From a virus, in IMG/VR virus record IMGVR_UViG_3300002064_000002: a DNA stretch of 27,889 nucleotides; one strand, given 5' to 3'. This document shows, in pieces, positions 1 to 9,700 of this stretch. The position numbers and the translations under genes are program-made. The notes under the pieces were generated by a model that did not search any database, was not told the DNA's origin, and worked only from the letters and a program-made list of their open reading frames with translations. Every line of letters starts with the position of its first letter. Position 1 is the first letter of the stretch.

Positions 1-1414
1 CACCTGCATATAACATTCCAGATAAAGGAACATTTAATTGACCTGCATTAACTACACCGAATGAAGTTGATCCGCTTGCTCTTGGAGTTTCCCAATTTAC
101 AGTCACACCCTGAGATGTAAAAGTACCTGCCCATCTATCTAATAAAATGTCTTGTGTAGCTGTGTATGTTTGTTTGAAATCTTCTGGTAAAGTTATAGCA
201 CCTCTAGCTCCACCTTCACCATTTAAGTTTTGTGGGTTTATTGGAAAGCTATAACAATCTTCGCCAACAGTAGTTTTTACAATTGGATTTCTAGGAAGAG
301 TGTTATCTACTTCTTTGCCTGTTACAGTTTCAACATCATCGTCTGCATGATCTGTACCCCCGCCTTCTTGTTTTAAAGATTTGACTGCTTGTAATTGATC
401 TGGACTCAATACTTTATCACAAGGAATATAACCTAATAAGTCTGGAGCTGTTATTTCATCTCCATTACTGTCACAATAAACTTTTACACCATCAAAAGAT
501 ACGTTTTCTTGTATTTTTTTTCCAACCATAAATACTGCCATAGCAGGAGTATGCGGGGATGTCTGAAAAGAAGATTGAGGATTAGGGAAAGCTGAATTAG
601 CATCCCATTTGAGTTCCTGTCCAGCAGCTAGAGTAGGTGTGACTTCAAAAGTATAAGTATCTCCTGAAATAAAATCAGCAAAACCAAAAAACAATTCTGT
701 ACTAATACCTATTGAGGGATGTACTCCACTAAAGTTTTGAGTAGTATTATCTGAAATATTTGTAATAACTAAATCAACAGGTATTGGAGAATTAGTAAAA
801 GATGATTCAAATAATCTTATTTCAATTAAACCTTGTCCTGATGTTGTAGGTGTCCACTCAACAATATCTGTAATATCAACTGTTTGGTTGTTGAAATCAT
901 TATTAATCTCATCAAAACCTAAGTTTTCATAATAACAATTGATAGCTTTTGTTTGCTTATCTATTACAACACATTCTTCCCAACCTTTTATAAGTTCTTG
1001 AGCTGAAGCAGAGAATCCACCTCCACCGCCATTTTGCCAAGCAGTAAAATTTATATTGAATAATTGTCCAGTAGAGATAACTCTCATTTGAACATTTTGA
1101 TAACTAGCGTTTAAAATAAATTGACCTATAGAGCCATCATATGAATCTTCAAAGTCTGTGAAAGTTGGACCGAATGAATCATTAGTCCATTCAGTATCAG
1201 CAGGTGAATTTCCACCACTGTAAGAAGTTTCAGAAATTGAATTATATAAACCACCGTTGTTTGCTCTTTTAAGTTCAACAACACCTGCAACTAATACCCA
1301 AGTTTCTACATTACCTGCTCCATTAGCTTGTGTCACATCAATAGATGTTCCTAGGGTATCTTGGGGAATACCTGTTGTAATATCTTCTTCTGTATTACGT
1401 AATTTGTGTTGCTG
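1..1414 (-). CDS. Partial structural / tail-associated protein running off the left edge; probably the frameshifted continuation of 1395..1943
   Basis: Not in the ORF track. Manual translation gives a stop-free frame of 471 codons from 1414 to 2 (QQHKLRNTEEDITTGIPQDTLGTSIDVTQANGAGNVETWVLVAGVVELKRANNGGLYNSISETSYSGGNSPADTEW...FTAWQNGGGGGFSAS...LSGMLYAG). It is T/G/S/N-rich and beta-strand-like. There is no ATG near its beginning (first GTG about 1337, first ATG about 1088). Confidence 0.85.
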
Positions 1415-1943
1415 TTAGATTACAAAAGTCAATTGCATGTGTCAGATTCTCTATCTGGGTAGTAGTAAGTTCAGAGAAATTTACTGTACCAGTAAAATCA
1501 CAAGACTGTAAAGCTGCACACAACGCATTTACCTGTGTACTTGTAAGTTGTGACATATCAAACTTCTGTAACAGCTCAGTAAACTGTGTAGCAGTACTGT
1601 TGTCGATTAATTTTTGGAATATATTCTCTACCTGTGTCTGACTTAACTGTGTGAAATCTAAACCTTGAAGAATACATGTGTATTGAGCAGGGGTTAGGTT
1701 ACAAAAGTCAATTGCATTTACAATCTGAGTTATGTTCTCTTGATTATTTACTATGCAGTTAGCAATAGCGTCACATTGCGCCTGACTAAGCTGTGTAAAA
1801 TCTAGCTTAGATAAGAACTGATTGAACTGCTCAGGTGTACCATTATCTATGATACATTGAAACAGTGCAACACATTCTGCTGCTGTTAAATTAGCAGGTA
1901 CAAAAGGTACCTGAACTATAGTAAGTGGATCACAATCTTCCAT
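1395..1943 (-). CDS. Cys-containing helical-repeat protein (N-terminal part of a probable tail structural protein)
   Basis: 182 aa made of repeats of the form DFxxL(T/S)xxQ: DFTQLSQAQ, DFCNLTPAQ, DFTQLSQTQ, DMSQLTSTQ, NFSELTTTQ, DFCNLTATQ. It has an A-rich leader and ends abruptly in mid-repeat. Confidence 0.8.
   Translation of the reverse strand: MEDCDPLTIVQVPFVPANLTAAECVALFQCIIDNGTPEQFNQFLSKLDFTQLSQAQCDAIANCIVNNQENITQIVNAIDFCNLTPAQYTCILQGLDFTQLSQTQVENIFQKLIDNSTATQFTELLQKFDMSQLTSTQVNALCAALQSCDFTGTVNFSELTTTQIENLTHAIDFCNLTATQIT
1420..1717. repeat. Intragenic 19-bp exact direct repeat (ttacaaaagtcaattgcat at 1420-1438 and 1699-1717)
   Basis: Read directly from the sequence. The spacing is 279 bp (93 codons) and both copies fall in the AIDFCN repeat. 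Confidence 0.9.
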
Positions 1944-1974
1944 TTTATTTTATCTTTGTTGTTAGTTAATTAGA

Positions 1975-2703
1975 TTACCAATCAGGACTTAAACCTTCAG
2001 GTAAAGCTTCAGCATCGCAATCATCACAATCAGTATTACTTTGGCCACCACATGATCCTGGAACTACATCCCCTACTGGTACAAACGAGTTCATATTACC
2101 ATCAAAACTTCTAACAATAATGTTTGTGAGTTTATCAAATGTTCTATAAAAAGTAATACCGTTATTACAAAATGGTAATGTCACTAATTGCACTTTCTGC
2201 CCAAGATTATCACATTTACATGCTTCTCCTTGAATTTGGTAGTCATTTTTCAAATCTTCTGTTCTATCACTTTCATCTACTACTCCTGTTGTATGGTTGT
2301 AGCATGTAATTCGCATGAATCGAACTATACTTCCATCAGCTAATGTGTCACACCAACATTCTTTATCTGCAAATATCTTATCTTCAACAGCATTACATTT
2401 AGCACATGTAGGATCTAATTCATCTACATTACCTGTGTATGCTGTGCCTGATGGTAATGCAAAGGTATTTGACACTACAGTCCCTTCTAAATCATAGCAA
2501 ATTCTATTAGCTATTATCTGACAATCAGGTGCACACAAGTAATTAGTCTCACATCTGAGATTGTTCTGATTCTCTTCATTGATATTAGAAATTTTATCAC
2601 AGAGTTCTTGTATTAATGTATTAGTGTTATTCTGACTTTGAATTAAAGTTTCCAATAAGTCTGATGTACAACACTTTTTTTTCCCACGTCTAGTTTTAGC
2701 CAT
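1975..2703 (-). CDS. Cys-rich repeat protein, putative tail/virion structural protein
   Basis: 242 aa with 18 Cys and a basic N-terminus. It has about three imperfect modules (C...(F)xR...G.V...Y/F..G...C) and lies in the tail module. Confidence 0.75.
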   Translation of the reverse strand: MAKTRRGKKKCCTSDLLETLIQSQNNTNTLIQELCDKISNINEENQNNLRCETNYLCAPDCQIIANRICYDLEGTVVSNTFALPSGTAYTGNVDELDPTCAKCNAVEDKIFADKECWCDTLADGSIVRFMRITCYNHTTGVVDESDRTEDLKNDYQIQGEACKCDNLGQKVQLVTLPFCNNGITFYRTFDKLTNIIVRSFDGNMNSFVPVGDVVPGSCGGQSNTDCDDCDAEALPEGLSPDW

Positions 2704-2859
2704 TACTTATCTTTAGCAGCTTCTTAAGCCTCTTGCTCTTTAGCCTGATTAAGAATATTTAAATACAATCCTCCTGTATCTTTAGCTGGTAGTTGTCCAA
2801 GAATATCTAGGACATAATTTAGCTTCTTGATTGCTTAAATTAAAAGTGTATTTTTCCAT
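2703..2859 (-). pseudogene. Small (~51 codon) phage helical protein gene interrupted by one extra base and an in-frame TAA (pseudogene or sequencing error)
   Basis: ATG at 2859 reads MEKYTFNLSNQEA. Removing one A at 2818-2820 continues NYVLDILGQLPAKDTGGLYLNILNQAKEQEA*EAAKDK*. The last TAA (2703-2705) overlaps the next ATG as TAATG, and the repaired gene fills the gap between its neighbours. Confidence 0.7.
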
Positions 2860-3206
2860 TTGTAACAATTTTTAGTATTAGAAGATTTTAGTTTATTCTT
2901 CTTAGGTTTTTTAAATTTCTTTTTCTTGGGACAAGTTTTGCACTTCTTTTTCTTGTGTATTGTAAAGTAAGAAACTTCATCCCCTTTTATAATTGCAATG
3001 TTAGATCTAGTGAGATTTAATTGATCTGATATTTTGTAAATTTGTATATTTACTTCAATTTGATCAATCGTATCCTTTAATATTTTTATGTCACTTCTAG
3101 TATCAGACTTATCTACATAAATCTTTATCTGAGATTGAAGATTAATACCTATAAGTAAAAATATACTAAGGAGAATCTCCTTTGTAAATAAACCTGTACG
3201 TAGCAT
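2835..3206 (-). CDS. Hypothetical protein with signal-peptide-like N-terminus and Lys-rich C-terminus
   Basis: ATG at 3206 gives MLRTGLFTKEILLSIFLLIGINLQSQ (the track starts at TTG 3215). The C-terminus contains KKKKCKTCPKKKKFKK. Confidence 0.6.
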   Translation of the reverse strand: MLRTGLFTKEILLSIFLLIGINLQSQIKIYVDKSDTRSDIKILKDTIDQIEVNIQIYKISDQLNLTRSNIAIIKGDEVSYFTIHKKKKCKTCPKKKKFKKPKKNKLKSSNTKNCYKWKNTLLI

Positions 3207-3672
3207 TGAATCCAATATTTCTAGTAAGAGTTATAAATGCAAAATCAATCAAGTACCAATACCATTTTTGTCTCCGTCCTAAATTCACAACAACAGCAGC
3301 TACTAAAAAAGATCGCTCTGCGCTTTTCAATAGGTGAAAAGAATCTGTTGTCGCTACTAAAAAGGTAGAGGATCCAAAGAACTTTTCTCCTTGATTAATA
3401 TCTCCATTCTTCCATTTATTTTTCCAAGAAACTTGTGGATTCCAAAACTGCTCGTTTGCATTTGGATGTACATCTCTGAACTTATGATACTTAAACTGTA
3501 CTATGTCCTTAACACCATCAAGCGCACCTGATGCAAGAGCCAAAGACCCTTGTACCAAATACTGTTTCTTTTTTTTATTTAAAAAGTCTTTATCCATTCT
3601 TAATTGCCCTAAACAATTTGATACGACAAATAAGAGTGAAAATATTACTAATGTTATTTTACTATATTTCAT
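3166..3672 (-). CDS. Putative membrane/exported hypothetical protein
   Basis: 168 aa with a Sec-type signal (MKYSKITLVIFSLLFVVSNCLG/Q) and further hydrophobic segments. The motif FWNPQVSWKNKWKNGD...GEKFFGSSTFLV..TDSFHL resembles uncharacterised Bacteroidota membrane proteins (recalled, not searched). Confidence 0.7.
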   Translation of the reverse strand: MKYSKITLVIFSLLFVVSNCLGQLRMDKDFLNKKKKQYLVQGSLALASGALDGVKDIVQFKYHKFRDVHPNANEQFWNPQVSWKNKWKNGDINQGEKFFGSSTFLVATTDSFHLLKSAERSFLVAAVVVNLGRRQKWYWYLIDFAFITLTRNIGFNATYRFIYKGDSP

Positions 3673-3675
3673 TAT

Positions 3676-6375
3676 TTATTTAACATTTGCATTAACGTCT
3701 GCTGTTCCAGTTAATAAGTTTGTATTTACTCCTAAAGGCATAGTCATTGATACTACACTATACAAATGTATTTGACCAGAACCACCACCTGCAACTCTGT
3801 CTATAGAAAAACCGTAACCACCTTCTTCTATAAGTACTGATGCTGAATGTATGAAAACACCAAGTTCATCACCTGTTATGGCTTGATCAGGTTGTAATTG
3901 TATTACAGGTTTTGTAGCACTTCTTGAAATATATCTTCCTGATTGTAGATGGACTTGTGTTGCGAAAGCCCCTGTTGATGCAGCAGCAGAATTTACTGAT
4001 ACTGTAGCACTATTCTCAGATATAGCCTCAAAACATCTTACATAAGATATCCCATTTCCTTGTGAACCAATACATGATTGATTAGTCTGTGAAATTGTAC
4101 CAACTGTTATATTACCATTATAAATTCTATCTACATCAATATATTGAGTACCACCATTTGCATAAAAATTAGCTTGAGTATTTGCTTCAGTATTTTCACA
4201 ATAACTACCTTTATAATGACCTTGACTACCTGATTGCGCCCAATGACCACCAATAGAAGTCTCAAAGTTTAATTCCATATAACTGTCCACGTCCATAAAA
4301 GTGGCAAACACTGATTCGGTAACTAACTTCCCTACTTCTGCATACATTTCGCTGTTTCTTCTAACTCTTATTACAGAACCTCCTATATTAGTAATATCAG
4401 GTCTACCATAAATATGCATAGTGCTATTGTCTTCAGCAAAGAAACCTGCTCCACTTGTAAAATTGAAATGCACTTTACCATCAGCTATAATAGTAACGTA
4501 CTCTCCATTATCTGCTCTTGTAGAACCTGCAATATCATACTGACCTGCTCTAACTATTATACTGTAATCTTCTGTAAAATACCCTGCTGCTCTCATTGCT
4601 GTATGAGCTGCACCATAAGTTTTAAAAGGTTTATCATCTCTTAACACTAAAGCTGTTGCATCATTTCCAAACCTCCAATCAACATATGTTTGAGTATGCC
4701 ATTTTTCTACTGTAATTTCAGAAGTTCTACTACAATCAGTAATAGTTTCAGCAACAAATACTTTTTGGGCTATATCATCAGTTTCAACATCTACAACACC
4801 ATTATCATCATTCTCACCTCCAATAATATGATTAGTATATGATCCAGTATCATTAGCAGTTAATGATTGTGTCCCTGTATTTGTGTTTACATCAGGAACT
4901 GAAAAAGTTTGAATACTATTACCATCTTCTTTTAAATCAAAATCTGTTTTACAGTTAACTGTATCTGCGGTTTTATCTAAAGTGTATGTGTTACTCGTAG
5001 AAGGTGGAACAACTGTTACTGTTCCGTCATTTGCTGTATGTGTTAGTGAACCATCTGCATTTGCTACCAAAGTAGAATTACAATTTCCAGCCACTATAGC
5101 ACAAACATCAAGACTTGCTGTAGATCCATCTTCTGATGTAAAAGTTACATTAGAGCCAGATACTACAAAGGATTGAATATCCATGTCAATTTCATTGACA
5201 TCGATTACAGATGTATTACCAAATCCATCATTAAACGTATATGTTCCGTCTCCATTAGCTACTATGGTTGGCTTACAACCACCAGCATCTACCATTGCAC
5301 AGATATCCAGTACTGTAGCTACACCTGCTTCATCAGTATATGTAGCTGTACCGTCTCCATTATTTACTAAAGGAGATACAGTATCATTGGTATCAAAAGT
5401 AACGGCTGTGCCTGATTCATCTATATAAGTGTATGTTCCATCTCCATTATCAACCAGCGGAGTGATGCTTTCTATAATATCCACATCTGTTCCACTTCCA
5501 TCAGTATGTGTTGCTACTGTATTACCTGCTGTCACAATTTGTGTCACAGTTGATGGAGCAGGAATATCAAACGGAAAATCTTGAGTTGTTCCATCAGAGT
5601 TCGTATGTGTCAATGTAATTGTCGTCGATCCATCTGCATTTTCAACAGCGGCTCCAGTTAAATTACCATTATCAACAGGAGCTGGTATTACTGTTTCTGC
5701 TCCTGTCTGATCTGTATAAGTGAAAGACCCATCATCATTAGTTACCAATGGAGTAATTGACTCCATGATATCTACAGAATTCCCTAATCCATCATCATGA
5801 GTAGCAATAACATTACCATCTGCAACTACTGGAGTTACAACTGAAGGGGTAGAAGTAATATCTATAGTACCAGGAGTGGATAAATCTATATTTACAGAAT
5901 CATCTGAACTAATAATTGCAGTAGTATCACCTACAGATACTGGAAAACTATTTCCATCTGCATCTTCTAGAGTATAAAGCTCACAAGCTCCATCTGCTAG
6001 TAATTTACATACATCTACGGCTGCACCTGCAGATCCGGTAATATTAATAGTACCATCTCCATTATCTACAAGCTCTTGATTATCAAGAGTCATTACTACA
6101 TTTGAAGTAGTGGATTGAGGAGCACCTGCAGCATCTATCCAATTTACTGTAAAACTGAGTTCATCTGGATTATCAGTAGCAGTAATAGCTACAGAATCAA
6201 TTGTCATAAATGTATCTACATCAATACAAATATTACAATCACCAGTGTAATCTGGATCATCCGGATCATTGAATGGAATCTCTAAAGACTTTATCAGTGC
6301 CTTAATATCTGATAGACAAGGTTTAGCACTACACGTTTTCTTACCACGGTAGTCTCTTCTTATTGGGCTGGACAT
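3676..6375 (-). CDS. Putative tail fibre/spike: repeat stalk plus C-terminal beta-helix-like head
   Basis: 899 aa, acidic and T/D/G/N-rich, with repeated LVxNxDG(T/S)xTY and (V/L)D(V/I)C...C units. YVDWRFGND...KPFKTYGAA...IIVRAGQY resembles the capping motif of pectin-lyase-like beta-helices and is followed by Gly/Ser-rich strands. Confidence 0.7.
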   Translation of the reverse strand: MSSPIRRDYRGKKTCSAKPCLSDIKALIKSLEIPFNDPDDPDYTGDCNICIDVDTFMTIDSVAITATDNPDELSFTVNWIDAAGAPQSTTSNVVMTLDNQELVDNGDGTINITGSAGAAVDVCKLLADGACELYTLEDADGNSFPVSVGDTTAIISSDDSVNIDLSTPGTIDITSTPSVVTPVVADGNVIATHDDGLGNSVDIMESITPLVTNDDGSFTYTDQTGAETVIPAPVDNGNLTGAAVENADGSTTITLTHTNSDGTTQDFPFDIPAPSTVTQIVTAGNTVATHTDGSGTDVDIIESITPLVDNGDGTYTYIDESGTAVTFDTNDTVSPLVNNGDGTATYTDEAGVATVLDICAMVDAGGCKPTIVANGDGTYTFNDGFGNTSVIDVNEIDMDIQSFVVSGSNVTFTSEDGSTASLDVCAIVAGNCNSTLVANADGSLTHTANDGTVTVVPPSTSNTYTLDKTADTVNCKTDFDLKEDGNSIQTFSVPDVNTNTGTQSLTANDTGSYTNHIIGGENDDNGVVDVETDDIAQKVFVAETITDCSRTSEITVEKWHTQTYVDWRFGNDATALVLRDDKPFKTYGAAHTAMRAAGYFTEDYSIIVRAGQYDIAGSTRADNGEYVTIIADGKVHFNFTSGAGFFAEDNSTMHIYGRPDITNIGGSVIRVRRNSEMYAEVGKLVTESVFATFMDVDSYMELNFETSIGGHWAQSGSQGHYKGSYCENTEANTQANFYANGGTQYIDVDRIYNGNITVGTISQTNQSCIGSQGNGISYVRCFEAISENSATVSVNSAAASTGAFATQVHLQSGRYISRSATKPVIQLQPDQAITGDELGVFIHSASVLIEEGGYGFSIDRVAGGGSGQIHLYSVVSMTMPLGVNTNLLTGTADVNANVK

Positions 6376-6404
6376 ATTCTAGTTTTAATATTTTTTATTA
6401 ATGT

Positions 6405-6656
6405 TTACTCGGCAAGCTTCCTTTCTAAAGCCTCTATTCTTGCCATTAGCATTCCTATGACTGTATCATCTTTACAACCATCAAAACAATTTGCTTCATA
6501 ACAATGTATGCAGTCGTAACCACATGCTCTCATTATATCTCTTACTGCTTTATTGAGGTGGAGACCTCTTGCCTTTTCCCCTGGCTTAAAAGTACTGTAG
6601 TTTCCATCAAAGATGTAGTACTGTGGGGCTTTCTTCTTGTATCGGTTATCACTCAT
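6405..6656 (-). CDS. Small hypothetical protein with a Cys cluster and C-terminal coiled coil
   Basis: 83 aa containing CGYDCIHCYEANCFDGC and ending LMARIEALERKLAE. It is the first gene after the promoter-like gap. Confidence 0.7.
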   Translation of the reverse strand: MSDNRYKKKAPQYYIFDGNYSTFKPGEKARGLHLNKAVRDIMRACGYDCIHCYEANCFDGCKDDTVIGMLMARIEALERKLAE

Positions 6657-6694
6657 TGGTGTCTAATTTTAGTTACTAACGTAATCTACTTCTT

Positions 6695-6725
6695 AAAATA
6701 TAAGCATTATATTTTGTATTGTCAA
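6695..6725 (-). promoter_or_regulatory. Putative host-RNAP promoter for the tail module
   Basis: The minus strand reads TTGACA (6725-6720), N17, TATATT(TT) (6702-6695) in the only sizeable intergenic gap (6657-6733). It fits the sigma70 consensus and, with one mismatch, the Bacteroidota TTG-N19-21-TAnnTTTG consensus. Confidence 0.6.
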
Positions 6726-6733
6726 TAAAAATG

Positions 6734-9700
6734 TTATCGTTTCATACCTTCTCTTATCTTTATAGCCTCTATCATGTTAAAATCCCCTACTTTACTAGTC
6801 CCCATTCCTAATATTTGTTTCTGAAGTTCATTAAAAAACTTTAATTCTCCTTTTCTGTATGTGGGGCCGTTCTTCTCATATCTTCCTCCATATACACTAG
6901 ACGCTACTTTAAGAACTTGATCAAACATTGGAATCATTTCTGAAGTAAGATTGTTTCTTACTCTGTTGAACTCATTAATACCTGTGACCACATTGACAGA
7001 TTGATATTCAGAACTTATCTTATTCAACATATTTGCAACTGTATTAAGCGCTTTACCAACTAAGGTATGATCTCTGGCTTTCATTTTATTATAAGCAGTA
7101 GCTTTTTTCTTTTCCCATTCATTGGTATATTCATTATATACCATAACAGTCTCATCCTCATCATCAAATCCTACTGCTAACATAGCAATTGACACCACTG
7201 CGGTCATTATAATAATATCATTGTGAACTTTTTTTATATCTTTTATTTCTCTTTCATTCAAGAAATCATGATGCATGGGTCTGGTAAAAGTATTTATAGT
7301 ATGCATTGCCATTTTTACTATACCCTGCCCTTTCAAATGCCTTGGATCTACTGCATCGATCATTGTTCTGTAATAACCTTGTCTCAATCCTCCTGCTTCA
7401 AATTTGTAATGAAGTGATCCATACCTGAATCTCAACATAGGAAGAAGGAATTGCTTCATCCAGAATAATGATCTCCATACTATATGTCTCTGCGCTAGAG
7501 TCTGATTAAGAGAACCATAGTTTCCATTCACATTTCTTTGTAAATCTGCTACTTTTGCACTGAATAAAAATTCATGTGTAGATTTATACTGCTTGATATA
7601 ATGTTCTGCATCCTGTAGGTCCTGTAAGTTTTCTGATGTTCTTAATATTTCTCTTGCTTCCACATACTCATCATACTCTTCTTGAGTAGCTGTAGGAAAT
7701 TTTATATTTCCTATCTCCATAGGATAACCTTGAGTATTCTCATATGCTTCTATAATAGGAACCTGTCTGTTTCCATCAATTGTTACCATGTACTTCTCTC
7801 CTACCATCCTATAAGTGGTAGTAGCAAGTGTAAGTTCTACCGAGTTCTTCAACCAAAATAAGAAATCTCTACTTAGAAACTTTCTAAGAGCATTCTTATT
7901 CCTAACCCTTTCTCCGGTTACATCTGAAAGAGTGGACTCCAATGCTCCAAAATACCACATCATTTGACTACCAAGATTATCTGAATATGCTTCAGAATTA
8001 TGCCAATCATTAAATACTGATTTCAGATCCTTAGTGGCTTTTTTATAAGCTCTGGCAGTTTCTTTCAGACTATATTCATTATTGGTACCTGTCATCAGTG
8101 CCATCTGTAACATACCATTGGCCAAGTTGGCTCCTTGAGTAGCAAAAGCATGCGCTGACCATGGTAGAGTAGCCATTACTACAGTAGATCTCCAGCCCAG
8201 TAAAGTACCAAATGCCTTATCAACATTGATAGCTTTATCTCCTATGGAAAGCTTATCCAACTGTTCAACAGTAATCTTCTTTTGATTTAGAATATGCATT
8301 TCTCTCATCTGAATTAGTGCTTCATGTCTTCTATTTACTGCCTTTGAATCTATTACTCCTTTGATCTTCAGTTTACTAGCAGTTTCCTCTGCCAATTTTC
8401 TTCTATGTGCCTGGTCAGTAGCATCTTCTTTATCTTTATTCTTTATAGAATTGTTACCAGTAGTCTCAATAAGGGCATTAGCTGTACTGTCTATATTAGT
8501 AAGATGCTCATATCTGTAGGCATGTCTTCCATACTCTAATATAGTCTGAGAAAAAATATTAGAATTGTCTTCTGGTTCTATTGGTCCAGACATGAGCACA
8601 GGAATTCTCTGAGCTTCCTTGCCCTTAGAGTCTACTGATACTGCTTCTCCTTCTGTGAGATCCTGCTTTGTCTTGATAAACTGTTCTGAAAATCTATTAA
8701 AAGTATCTTTTGCACCTTGCCATTCATGCCCCATATTTTCCAAAGTGAATTCCTTTCTCTTGGAAGGAAGTACATCTCCCAGTCTCTTAGACTCCGGATA
8801 TTTTAATTGAAAGTTATGATACTCTTTTCTATATCCTTCTACAAAAGCTTCTTTATCAGGATTGTTGGCTATATTTTGATACTTTGGATTCAACCATCTT
8901 TTATGTTTGATGGCTTTGTAATTACCTTTAATATCTATATCCCCCTCTTCATTAAACTCATCATTGATAAATCCTCCTTCTTTTATTCCTTCAGGATTGA
9001 TTATTCCATCTCTTACCTTTCTCTGCTTCCATGCAAATGTAGGAGCTTCCTTATCTATATGTTCCTGATTCCTGGGCTTACTATGTTTCCAAATATAGAT
9101 AGGCTCGAATGTTTTAGATATATATGATTTTCCTGATTCTTCATTCTTTGCTATGAAAAAATTGGATATATGGTTATTCTTGTACCACTCTGACTCTGCC
9201 TTAAACTTATCCTGGAAGTTCTTGGATCTTCTGTATATGGATAAGATATTCTCTCTTGGTCCAAGGTAAGTTGCTAATTGTTCTTGTTCATCAAGCTTAA
9301 TCTTCTTCCATGTCTTGCCTTCTAAAAAATACCTATTACCATTTGCCTCAAAGTCTTCTTCCAATTGTATATCCTGCTGTTCGGCAAACTCTTCCAAAGC
9401 ATCATCCAATGCTTCCTGATAATATTCTGTAGTGATCCTTTTGCTTAGATCCCTCATCTGCTCTGATAACTTTTCATAAGATGTAAGAAGATCGTACATT
9501 TCTCTATTAGAATCCCTCAAAGCCTGTCTCTGATCCCTCATCTCATTGGCATTATCTTGTCCTAGCTTATTCATTGACTTTCTAAGCTCTCTTTGTCTTG
9601 TTTTTATTGCCTTGAGATCTTCTTTATCTGTAATGATCTGTTGTTGATATTCCAATTCATTTTTTTCTTCTACTAGTTTAGCTATCTGTTCTGTTCTTTG

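Noticed and set aside
1395-6375. CRISPR array or DGR template/variable repeat
   Set aside because: The repeats are in-frame, degenerate protein-coding repeats. There is no repeat-spacer periodicity, no adenine-specific mismatch pair and no reverse transcriptase in the window.
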